Assembly: GCA_002633005.1 (NCBI GenBank)
Contig: NMRA01000016.1
Location: 95,186 to 159,185, forward strand
Length of the DNA stretch: 64,000 nucleotides
Reading direction: 5' to 3'
DNA from: Phoronis australis
Lineage: Eukaryota; Animalia; Phoronida
How positions within the stretch are numbered: position 1 is the stretch's first letter; every line of letters starts with the position of its first letter. The notes beneath the pieces were generated by a model, which was given only the letters and a program-made list of their open reading frames with translations, had not been told where the DNA came from and ran no database searches. The position numbers and the translations under genes are program-made. Below are positions 37,601 to 46,200 of this stretch, piece after piece.

Positions 37601-38970
37601 TTAACAGGAAAATGTATCTACAACATAACCATGGATCTGCGCGTATACTTCAAATAACGTCAAATGTACTGTTCATACAAAAGAGGTTATCAATTTTAAA
37701 ACAATTGAAATGCTATGACTCCCCTTCTGAACACCTTTAGCCGATTTTATAAGTTGTGACTGCAGCGCAGTTTGTACCTCTGTCTGCACTCAGCAGTTTT
37801 ACTGTATAAGTCGTAAGTCCGTAGGTGGCGCCGTTGTAAGATCTCTTTTAAACAATGGCGCACCAAGACACTAACTGGTGTGAAGTGGGTAGCAATAGCA
37901 CTGTTGTTCGGCAACTAAGACCACGAACTAAGGTTATAACCGTTTTAACTGCCGGTGTGAACTTTTGATTGAGACCAATTTGCGGTAAGAAGCGGGTCAA
38001 AATTGTTCTTTCGCGAAATTAGAGGACTTCTGGTCCGCTGTTGCTTGAAACCAGGTTACCGTAGGCCCGAAAACCTCACGAAAACACTAACTCACAAGAT
38101 ACGGCGATGCATTGGATTCAATTAAACCCGTTACCGTGTTGAATTTTGTTGTGAGGTTCTCGCGTCTACAGAGCTCAGTCATGGCTCTTCAAGTTGACGT
38201 GCCACGGCGTGTCATTTCGTTCTCCGAACGTGGTTTCAAGGTCTGACGAAATGCCAGTTCTTTGCAAATCCAAAACTCCCTTGCCATCTGAGTCACGATA
38301 AGGAAAATTTTAAGACCAATTTTACAAACAGAAAGGCGGATGTATAGCCTCTATGAATAACTGAATTAAAGATAGAACAGCAATTTTGTATACACAACAA
38401 TCTTGTTGGTGCGAGCTTGTTTTTTTTTCTGTTGCCGTTTGAGTGTGTTTGCATTATGTCTTTCAACCTAAGATGAGAGTCACGTGAAATAGTTCATTTA
38501 TCGCTACAGAGTATAAACATTAGAATGGCGAACGCCAACCCTCTCCCCATCAACACAAATCGTCTCAGGGTATTATACATGTACTTGGTGTATGTCGGTA
38601 ATATTTACAAAAAAGTCAAAATTGGAAGTTATTGATCGATTTACCTCCCAAAATTGATAGTACAAAAGTTACACTTTTCACAAAGAGACCTAAGCTAAAA
38701 TAAGGAGTAGTAAATGATTTTCACTTCAGACGTCGATGGCCAATTTTATATTTCAAGTTTGTTAGCATTTACATCAACTGCTCTAAGGTTTTATTTTTTT
38801 CACATCCTATCCAGACACGCAAACGAAACAACAAGTCATCCTCCTACCATCAAGCCATTAAACGACTCGAAACTCTGGGATCTGCAGAGCGGTCTTCAAC
38901 AACTACTGTGACGTCATCCTACGAATTAGTGACGATTGTCAGTATCTTTGGGTTAATCTGCCACTTCTAA
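10069..38970 (+). CDS. Gene A: astacin-family (M12A) metalloendopeptidase, astacin-EGF-CUB-EGF-EGF-MAM with putative GPI signal (BP10/SpAN/meprin-like); 5' exons not located
   Basis: 17 GT-AG exons with compatible phases and no internal stop (2019 nt): 10069-10159, 10423-10555, 13172-13256, 13705-13896, 16242-16371, 20205-20327, 24025-24128, 25704-25813, 28848-28990, 29465-29578, 29920-30030, 31755-31846, 34229-34358, 35103-35293, 36969-37071, 37256-37266, 38815-38970. HEXXHXXGXXHE zinc motif and SxMHY Met-turn intact. Confidence 0.92.
10423..10555 (+). CDS. Gene A exon: astacin domain
   Basis: GSYQEEGEGIVKAALALIQKQTCLKFNLVEEGYNSHHLIFRNGNG (TCxxF motif); phase 1-2. Confidence 0.9.
11348..12580. 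mobile_element. Non-autonomous foldback DNA element with long TIRs
   Basis: 11348-11480 is the reverse complement of 12450-12580 (GTGATAATTAAGTTAA...GTGAATGTTGAAATAGC...ATGGTTAAGGCATG); further inverted match at about 11521 / 12361. Confidence 0.75.
12960..13086 (-). mobile_element. tRNA-derived SINE (copy 2)
   Basis: GTGTGGCCAGGTTG A-box-like, GGTTCAAGTCC B-box; shares CCCGCTTTCTTTACTCGAGGTCGTGG with copy 1. Confidence 0.7.
13172..13256 (+). CDS. Gene A exon: astacin domain
   Basis: GCISSIGRKAPKGQFVRLLHRSKSHTCIR (GCxSxxGR motif); phase 2-0, gtgagt donor. Confidence 0.9.
13705..13896 (+). CDS. Gene A exon: astacin catalytic zinc-binding exon
   Basis: [27 protein letters not shown]...PYDVNSLMHYGVK. 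Confidence 0.97.
15552..15990. mobile_element. MITE (family copy 2, inverted relative to 1663-2090)
   Basis: CAGTGCCCGGTTGTATGAAA ... TTTCATGCAACCGGGCACTG TIRs; internal sequence aligns with copy 1. Confidence 0.75.
16242..16371 (+). CDS. Gene A exon: astacin C-terminus
   Basis: EFRINYKKPTITVKAKLLERLIGNRKAMSYYDVKTLNIMYNCS (IGxR..xS..D...N.MY.C). Confidence 0.93.
18090..19670 (+). mobile_element. Decayed LINE (L2/CR1-group) reverse transcriptase with 3' tail
   Basis: Broken frames read LLEKHV, SQSG, KAFDLVHH, GVPQ/SILGPLLF, INDL, MYANDT, KAQKQAARIIL; ends with AATAAA then (TTA)n; many stops and frameshifts. Confidence 0.85.
19621..19668. repeat. (TTA)n microsatellite, LINE tail
   Basis: About 16 near-perfect TTA units directly after AATAAA. 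Confidence 0.9.
20205..20327 (+). CDS. Gene A exon: EGF-like domain 1
   Basis: AGCNLQCQNDGYPIRDSQGTCRCTCPDYFKGTHCELIDDKG; 123 nt, phase 1-1; same length as gene B exon 62652-62774. Confidence 0.92.
20830..20940 (+). mobile_element. tRNA-derived SINE (copy 3)
   Basis: GGAAGCAGTGTGACCTAGTGG A-box-like, GGTTCGAGTCC B-box, same downstream body as copies 1-2. Confidence 0.7.
21247..23690 (+). mobile_element. 5'-truncated LINE ORF2 (APE end plus reverse transcriptase; L2/Crack/Daphne-like), frameshifted
   Basis: YPTR...TLID and ISDHCPIF (APE), [41 protein letters not shown], YADD; split over four ORFs. Confidence 0.93.
24025..24128 (+). CDS. Gene A exon: CUB domain part 1
   Basis: GCGGKYKLQNAGDVVTIFGESTKERDDRQCVYLIE; 104 nt, same as gene B 61910-62013. 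Confidence 0.88.
24918..25062. repeat. Minisatellite, about 7 copies of a 21-22 bp unit with palindromic TCTATCGATAGA core
   Basis: Consensus TAAGTCTATCGATAGAGWTAR repeated in tandem. Confidence 0.9.
25704..25813 (+). CDS. Gene A exon: CUB domain part 2
   Basis: SPKILRVHFNDFFLKNLWYCLATLEVRFNLIGQVGIK; EVRFNLIGQ identical in gene B. Confidence 0.88.
28848..28990 (+). CDS. Gene A exon: CUB domain part 3
   Basis: LCRTRPSEDFSTLDDSAMKKLLLVFSESSSFRHTAKYNISIFASDPT; 143 nt, same as gene B 59779-59921. Confidence 0.85.
29465..29578 (+). CDS. Gene A exon: EGF-like domain 2
   Basis: DPCLKNPCPVSAACIFQAPSSFRCLCPPGKAGKDCDLK; six Cys, phase 1-1. Confidence 0.9.
29920..30030 (+). CDS. Gene A exon: EGF-like domain 3
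   Basis: [37 protein letters not shown]; phase 1-1. Confidence 0.92.
30340..30479. mobile_element. Small MITE-like element
   Basis: ATACGCCGTAAAT ... ATTTATGGCGTAT inverted ends with internal AATGTAAC / GTTACATT motifs. Confidence 0.5.
30893..31290 (+). repeat. Diverged direct repeat, about 270-bp spacing
   Basis: ACAGTATTTT...TAGACCACTT...TGGTTACAGTATGTC...TGAAAGGTAATTGCAGG occurs at about 30893 and 31161. Confidence 0.7.
31469..31534. repeat. Perfect 66-bp palindrome
   Basis: ATATACTACATGTAAATGTCTGTCTTAGTCTT - TT - AAGACTAAGACAGACATTTACATGTAGTATAT (32-bp perfect arms). Confidence 0.95.
31755..31846 (+). CDS. Gene A exon: MAM domain part 1
   Basis: EDEARLESDFEESFGFLKNVNGDDFDWVRQQ (DFE, DDFDW); 92 nt, same as gene B 56572-56663. 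Confidence 0.9.
32560..33880 (-). mobile_element. Decayed LINE reverse transcriptase (CR1/L2-group)
   Basis: FLDIASAFDVVPH, GVPQDSVLGPLLLLLYINDLP, YADDT, KHLGLLLD, PHLDYSD, later WNSLP; frameshifted. Confidence 0.9.
34229..34358 (+). CDS. Gene A exon: MAM domain part 2
   Basis: GSSGVADTGPFGGYRSKTYAFVPVKSVQNMEEGSHASLVSNYL (TGP motif); phase 0-1. Confidence 0.85.
35103..35293 (+). CDS. Gene A exon: MAM domain part 3
   Basis: VNQGRCLQFNYHMYGATMGKF...GNQGTSW; 191 nt, same as gene B 55505-55695. Confidence 0.93.
36969..37071 (+). CDS. Gene A exon: MAM domain end
   Basis: IVFKYTKYGRRTAMAIDNVVTFPGKCAEFQQDAY (AIDN...GxC). Confidence 0.88.
37256..37266 (+). CDS. Gene A candidate 11-nt microexon (DGHP)
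   Basis: ccctatttcttgttacag|ATGGACATCCG|gtaagt; converts phase 1 to phase 0, required for the hydrophobic-tail frame of the last exon. Confidence 0.6.
38815..38970 (+). CDS. Gene A terminal exon with putative GPI-anchor signal
   Basis: Long pyrimidine tract then ccag|TRKRNNKSSSYHQAIKRLETLGSAERSSTTTVTSSYELVTIVSIFGLICHF*. Confidence 0.62.
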   Translation, partial: TRKRNNKSSSYHQAIKRLETLGSAERSSTTTVTSSYELVTIVSIFGLICHF

Positions 38971-40171
38971 GCTTGGACTCAGAGATATTTTAGCACCTGC
39001 AATAAGTTACCAGAAGCCGTTCTATAATTTTCAAAACAAACTTCTCAATGCGTACTTATATTTCTTCCATAGAGGAAATACTTAGTAGAAACTTGCTACT
39101 GAAATATGCAGTAAGAAGGTAGACAAAACGGTAACGGTGAACACCAAATTGCAGTGGAGACGCGAAAGCTGGTCAGTCACATCATGAATTGTTATCGAAG
39201 TGCAGCACGCGATTGATCAATGTTTAAGTCGAGTTTGGAGGGCCCACATGCCAACTGCTGAAAGATGACACCAGGGTTATCCCAAAATCCAACTGCTCTC
39301 CGGTGTTTTGGTAATTGGCTCAATAGTTGCATATAATACGGCAATTTTTTTTAAGTTTAGACTGTAAAACCTGCGTTTCTTATGCGATTTTCAATATTAA
39401 AAACCTAATCACGTGTACTTTTCACGAACTATTCATATGGTATTTAGAAACGTTCAACCATTGTCACCCCCAGGGTGTTTATGATTGGTCAGATTATCTA
39501 GAGAACAGAAAGGTAAGAAGCTTGAGGTGATGTACTACAACAGCATGGTGTCATTTCCGGCAGACTTTGAGGTACGCAAACCACTGAAGTTGCCCAATGA
39601 GGTGACAACGAAGTATTCTTTTCGTGCAGACGTTTTTTCGTTCTACTTCAGTAGAAACAAGTGTCATTTTGTATGCTCCAGCATATAATGTTTCGTTTTG
39701 CACAGATGGGTGTTTCGTCCAAGTTTGCACTTGCTGTCTCATAGACTCGAGCTACACACTCAAGTAATTACTTGAAATTTCGAGTGAAAACTCGAGATTT
39801 TGAGTTCAGACTCAAGCACATACATGTAGCTTTAATGGCGTGGACATCAAGTTCAAACTAGGATGAGACAGTCATATCCACTCTAGCACACACCAATAGA
39901 CAGGACGTGAGTTCGCTCAAGAGTAGAGCAAAAATTTCTAAATAATTTAGTGCAGGCATTACACTCCGAGCCCAGTCAATAATGTCTCACATTTCACTGT
40001 ACCCCAGTGAGGCAGCTTGGTGATCTGACGCGATTTCGTAGAGCTCACAAGTCACTCGACTTGTTGTCTAAGTAGCTCCTCCGTCCAGGTCACGTGTTAA
40101 CATTAATAGGCTCAGCAATATCGTTAAGAGCAATTTACCGGGTAGTGTAGAGGCCAACAGTTCCCCATTTT

Positions 40172-40276
40172 TCATCTTTTGTTGCTATAGGCGCAGCCAC
40201 CTTTGCTCAATGTAACTTTGTCCAAAGCGACTTCACTAACATCATAAATTGACCCCAGAACCCCTTCAATCAGAAT
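40172..40276 (-). CDS. Gene B terminal exon: MAM3 end
   Basis: ILIEGVLGSIYDVSEVALDKVTLSKGGCAYSNKR*. Confidence 0.87.
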   Translation of the reverse strand: MLIEGVLGSIYDVSEVALDKVTLSKGGCAYSNKR

Positions 40277-43200
40277 CTGTAAAAGTAGAGAATTAATGTT
40301 CCATCTTGGGTATGATAGTAACTTTAATAGTAACAATACTAGTAGTTAAACTACTACTGATAAAAATAAAACCACTGTAATTCCCTCCAAATAAGCAACA
40401 GTCGAGATTGTTGTTTACCTTGAAATCAAAGACACCGGAAAGAGTTACACTTTCTTGTCTCCATTCACGCTTGTTCACACTTTGCTGACCATCGCAGCGC
40501 CATAGAAGATCTGTTTGTCTCTCCGTGTCCTGTGTCATCACAGACAATGAGCCGACAGCGCTCCCATACATCAGGAAATGAAACGATAAGCAGTACTCCT
40601 GCCCGCCTGTAAAGGGATAGGGGGCAACGTTTCAAGAATCCCTACGTTATATTCAAACATGATATTTGAATTGACTTGCCCATCAGACATACAAAAACAT
40701 AACACTAATTGTGCACTCACAACAGTCTAACACGTACTGTAGGCCAGCACGAGAGAATAAAAGCGACGCAAACGAGCATTGCACGAACAAAGTAACCCAG
40801 TTGAAATATCACATTTAACCTACGAGCCGTAGACCATGTTAGGGTAAAATCGGGTGTGCACGTAGCAAAGGTGTCTCCTTACTTTAGCAGCTATCGGAAC
40901 TATCGGTGCGCCAATTTCAGCGGCGATCAATAGCGGAATTTCCATATTCAGTGGAAAAAAATTAAGATGGTAATTTCTGCTATGGTGCGACTGCACTCGA
41001 ATTCCGCTCTTTTGAAGTCCCAGGGTAAAAGAATTACTAGCAAGAACGAGAAATAAATGTTTACAATTATCGTGAAGTATAGTAACTGCGACTTGCTGAG
41101 GTTTCGCACTGAATTACAAAGATGCTGCTGCAGTATCAGTCCACGACTATGACAGGCAGAGATTTGAACAGCGTCGGGGGATTGCCTTTTTTCGTGGTCA
41201 TTAGTACGTTTCACAGCACAGAAGTCCAAATTTGCCGTCATTATGACAGCAGAAAAGGCGTTACACTAGTATGTTGAAACCTCTCGCCCACATTATATGG
41301 GATCTGTAAGAGGCGCTGATTGCCTGTCAATCAAAAACCTGATCGCCGTCTGGCGGGATAGTGGATTTAAATATGGCGCGGCTATTTCGAAAATCAACTA
41401 TTGAGGGGAACCTGTGATGCACACTCTTTCTTGTCTTCTTAAGTTTTAGGGAGATTCCTAACTCGTTTTTAATAATGTCTTAGAAAGATAAGTTGAATGC
41501 ACCACAACGAATGATTATAAAAAGTCACCATCCCCATGTTAAAAACCATTCCTTTCTTCCTAAATGGATATTTGGATTTCCAAAGCAGTGTCAATACTTA
41601 ACTTTTCTCTGGCTGATTGGAACTTGGTTGCAATAAACCCCTAAAATTCCATTGATGGCCCTGATGAAGAGTTATTAGGTGCCCTGCATGAAGCAGTCAG
41701 TTTTTCTCAAGCCTAAAGATCCTAATTAATCTCAGTAATCAATGAGACCGGTTTGTTATACTAAGTGGCCTGAATCAAATGCTGGTTCTCCACAAATGGC
41801 GCCTTTTTATCGTCACTTTAAAGCTGGATCTCATACTGCTTAGCTGACTGAAAATTGAAATTCGACTTGGCAATTTTGATCTAACAACATTGGTTACCTA
41901 AAATTCCTGACCGTGGTTGAATTGTGCTTCTTCTACAAACAACAAGACATTTCCAACATTTCAAGATATAAGTTCGGATTTTACTGTGCTTGGCTAACCC
42001 GGCCAGCAATTGCGAATTCTTAAATGGTCCCTATACAGGGTACGCATTGTGTGTGACCTGAATTGATAATAGAAACGGAATCATGTCGTAGTTCAATTTT
42101 CGCTGTTCAGCCAGCTAAACAAGGCGAAATGAAGCTTTAACTAAAGGTCGGCGAACTTGCTCTTACCAGGGACGAGTTCCGATTCGAGCACCGCCCTTTC
42201 ACCCAGTGAATGTGGAGAGGATCCTTCCAAGACCGCGCAAAATTGGCCGTGTGCACTACGCAGGCGGGAGAGTCGACTCGTTCCAGGACGTAGAATTCTC
42301 TACAACAACATGATATTTCAACAATTCAGTTTTCATCGTTAATGAGTACATGATGGGAGAATTTGATTGAATTTACAGCTGGGGTATGGTTCACAAAATA
42401 TTGGAATTTTATGCCAGGTTTATTCGTACAGTCGGAGATAGAATCGTACAACTATTCCATCGTGAGATTTTTCTACGAATTTTCTTTTATTCTAAAGTGG
42501 CCCTGTCTACTCAATACCGGTGTTACGTTATCTTGCGAAAAGTTGCACGGTCGCTTGCAGGACCAAACCCAGGTCCCTCGTGTCACTAGTGGAAGCGGTC
42601 GCTATTGGTCGAGCGACCACGGACGGTGACCAGCAACCAGTCATGCGACTGACCATGGTATTCAGTGACCATTTGTACGAGTGGCTGTGTTAACCCGCAA
42701 CCACTCAAAGAATTAAATTGTCCCCTCTGTTTTTGCTCTCAATTTCCAAGAAATGAATAAAAAACAACTTATACATAAATGAGTTCAATTGGAAAAATGG
42801 TATACATCTGAGGTAGACTTACTAACGGTAAGATAAAGTGGCGTAATGGTTTCAAAAACGCAAAATAGATGCTTCATAGTGTTTCAATGACTTAGAAAGA
42901 TGGTTTTAGCTAAACTGAAGTTTTATTCTATTCTCTTTTACAACCAAATTCCGATACTTGAAAATCAGCGCTAATTAAATTGTCTCGAAGTTTTCCTTGC
43001 CAAAAACATGAAACATAACAGCAGTTGGGCTCTACCAGCAAAAGCAATTGAAAGGTCGCCTTTCGTTGACTTGGAACCGCCCGATTCGGGACAGGTTGTC
43101 CAACCCCATCAAATATTTGTTTTTCACACTACCTTCCCTAGCTTGAAGAATGGCTAGGCTAACGCTATCCACTTGCCATCTCGCTATTGGCGAATTCTGA

Positions 43201-46200
43201 GCGGCACTGGCGATGGCAGAGCTAAGTTCGTTCGCCAACTTGGCGTGTGCTTTCGAACTTGACAATAAAGAGTAATTTCGGGAAATCTACTCTCATGTCA
43301 AATCGCGGTCAGTTCAAAACAAGTCGCGCCGCAAGCGGCATTCTTACTTCGATTCCGAGTCCTAAAAATAACAAGGAGATTTTCCATTTCATGCCCCTCC
43401 CTCCCGCTGCAATCACTTTTTTACCGCAACAAAATGTTCAACTGGGTAGGGGGGTCAGCGGTCTTGGTAATGGCGATTTCTTGCGTAGGTGCTGCCGTTT
43501 GTCGTCTTCAAGTGACAATGCCAAAATGACGAGTAGAAGACTATTTCAGCGACAAATGTGACACAGTCTCTCAATAACTGTTTGTAATGGGACGTTCGTA
43601 ACTTTGCGCTTATTGTTATTCTTATTTAGTTGCAAATGTTCAGTTATTCTTATGCTAATGTCTTTGTTGCGTCTCAGTGCGCCTTTGTTACGTGGGCATG
43701 TGGGCGCGACTGTATGTGTCGGGCACTTCGCTAGCGACAGGCTTAGAAGAAGGGTGTTTCCTTCTTTTGCTTTCATGGAAAGTTGATCGTTATCATGTGC
43801 AAATGGAACTGAAACGAATGCCTGATGAGAGACGTGGTGTAAGGCGGTGCGATGGTATTAAATTACCCGGTTGATAAAACCGCACTGAGTTGAGCTGTCT
43901 CAAACATGCCATTTGAACTCAATGTTTAAATTTATTATTTTCAAATTANAGCTGGATCTCATACTGCTTAGCTGACTGAAAATTGAAATTCGACTTGGCA
44001 ATTTTGATCTAACAACATTGGTTACCTAAAATTCCTGACGGTGGTTGAATTGTGCTTCTTCTACAAACAACAAGACATTTCCAACATTTCAAAATATAAG
44101 TTCGGATTTTACTGTGCTTGGCTAACCCGGCCAGCAATTGCGAATTCTTAAATGGTCCATATACAGGGTACGCATTGTGTGTGACCTGAATTGATAATAG
44201 AAATGGAATCATATCGTAGTTCAATTTTCGCTGTTCAGCCAGCTAAACAAGGCGAAATGGAGCTTTAACTAAAGCTCGGCGAACTTGCACTTACCAGGGA
44301 CGAGTTCCGATTCGAGCACCGCCCTTTCACCCAGTGAATGTGGAGAGGATCCTTCCAAGACCGCGCAGAATTGGCCGGGTGCACTACGCAGGCTGGAGAG
44401 TCGACTCGTTCCAGGACGTAGAATTCTCTACAACAACATGATATTTCAACAATTCATTTTTCATCGTTAATGAGTAGATGATGGGAGAACTTGATTGAAT
44501 TTACAGCTGGGGTATGGTTCACAAAATATTGGAATTTTATGCCAGGTTTATTCGTACAGTCGGAGATAGAACCGTACAACTATTCCATCGTGAGATTTTT
44601 CTACGAATTTTCTTTTATTCTAAAGTGGCCCTGTCTACTCAATACCGGTGTTACGTTATCTTGCGAAAAGTTGCACGGTCGCTTGCAGGACCAAACCCAG
44701 GTCCCTCGTGTCACTAGTGGAGGCGGTCGCACTTGGTCGAGCGACCACGGACGGTGACCAGCAACCAGTCATGCGACTGACCATGGTATTCAGTGACCAT
44801 TTGTACGAGTGGCCGTGTTAATCCGCAGCCACTCAAAGAATTAAATTGTCCCCTCTGTTTTTGCTCTCAATTTCCAAGAAATGAATAAAAAACAACTCAT
44901 ACATAAATGAGTTCAATTGGAAATTCCCCCAAAAATGGTATACATCTGAGGTAGACTTACTAACGGTAAGATAAAGTGGCGTAATGGTTTCAAAAACGCA
45001 AAATAGATGCTTCATAGTGTTTCAATGACTTAGACAGATGGTTTTAGCTAAACTGAAGTTTTATTCTATTCTCTTTTACAACCAAATTCCGAGACCTGAA
45101 AATCAGCGCTAATTAAATTGTCTCGAAGTTTTCCTTGCCAAAAACATGAAACATAACAGCAGTTGGGCTCTACCAGCAAAAGCAATTGAAAGGTCGCCTT
45201 TCGTTGACTTGGAACCGTCCGATTCGGGACAGGTTGTCCAACCCCATCAAATATTTGTTTTTCACACTACTGTACCTTCCCTAGCTTGAAGAATGGCTAG
45301 GCTAACGCTATCCACTCGCCATCTCGCTATTGGCGAATTCTGAGCGGCACTGGCGATGGCAGAGTTAAGTTCGTTCGCCAACTTGGCGTGTGCTTTCGAA
45401 CTTGACAATAAAGAATAATTTCGGGAAATCTACTCTCATGTCAAATCGCGGTTACTTCGATTCCGAGTCCTAAAAATAACAAGGAGATTTTCCATTTCAT
45501 GCCCCTCCCTCCCGCTGCAATCACTTTTTTACCGCAACAAAATGTTAAACTGGGTAAGGGGGGTCAGCGGTCTTGGTAATGGCGATTTCTTGCGTAGGTG
45601 CTGCCGTTTGTCGTCTTCAAGTGACAATGTCAAAATGACGAGTAGAAGACTATTTCAGCGACAAATGTGACACAGTCTCTCAATAACTTTTCATACTCGC
45701 GACGTGGTGTAAGGCGGTCCGATGGTATTAAATTACCCGGTTGATAAAACCGCACTGAGCTGAGCTGTCTCAAACATGTCATTTGAACTCAATGTTTAAA
45801 TTTATTATTTTCAAATTACGTGAATCTCTCCTAAATCATTACGAAATTTACCAATTTTCAGTGCATAATTTGTCGTGTCAAATATTGTTTTAGACTCGGC
45901 ATTGACAGATATTCTTTTCAAGAAGTTACAAGGTGCGGACGACGCTGGGAAGAAAGTGTTATCTATTTTCAAATCGAAATACGTCACAAGTCATACCTAG
46001 TCAGATCGCTAGATGGCGAAAGTGTAAAGACTTTTAAGAGACTGGGACGTGTTTGAATTTTGGCGGCGGCAGAAATAAAGCAAGATAAAGTAAATGTCAG
46101 TTTGGTACCTAATGAGTTTTGTATTACCTACTCGGCGCGAGTTAGCATTATCTTGCTACCCTCAAGTTATGTTTAACGTTTTTGGACGCAAATGCCTTGC

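Larger units (their letters stand above)
41822..45818 (+). repeat. Tandem duplication (41822-43948 and 43950-45818) joined by a single N
   Basis: Both copies start AGCTGGATCTCATACTGC and end TTTATTATTTTCAAATTA; near-identical with scattered SNPs and indels (about 250 bp extra in copy 1); N at 43949. Confidence 0.95.

Noticed and set aside
42363-44757. Duplicated 88-aa and 67-aa plus-strand ORFs (42363/44491, 42386/44514)
   Set aside because: Apparent conservation only reflects the near-identical duplication; no domain signal
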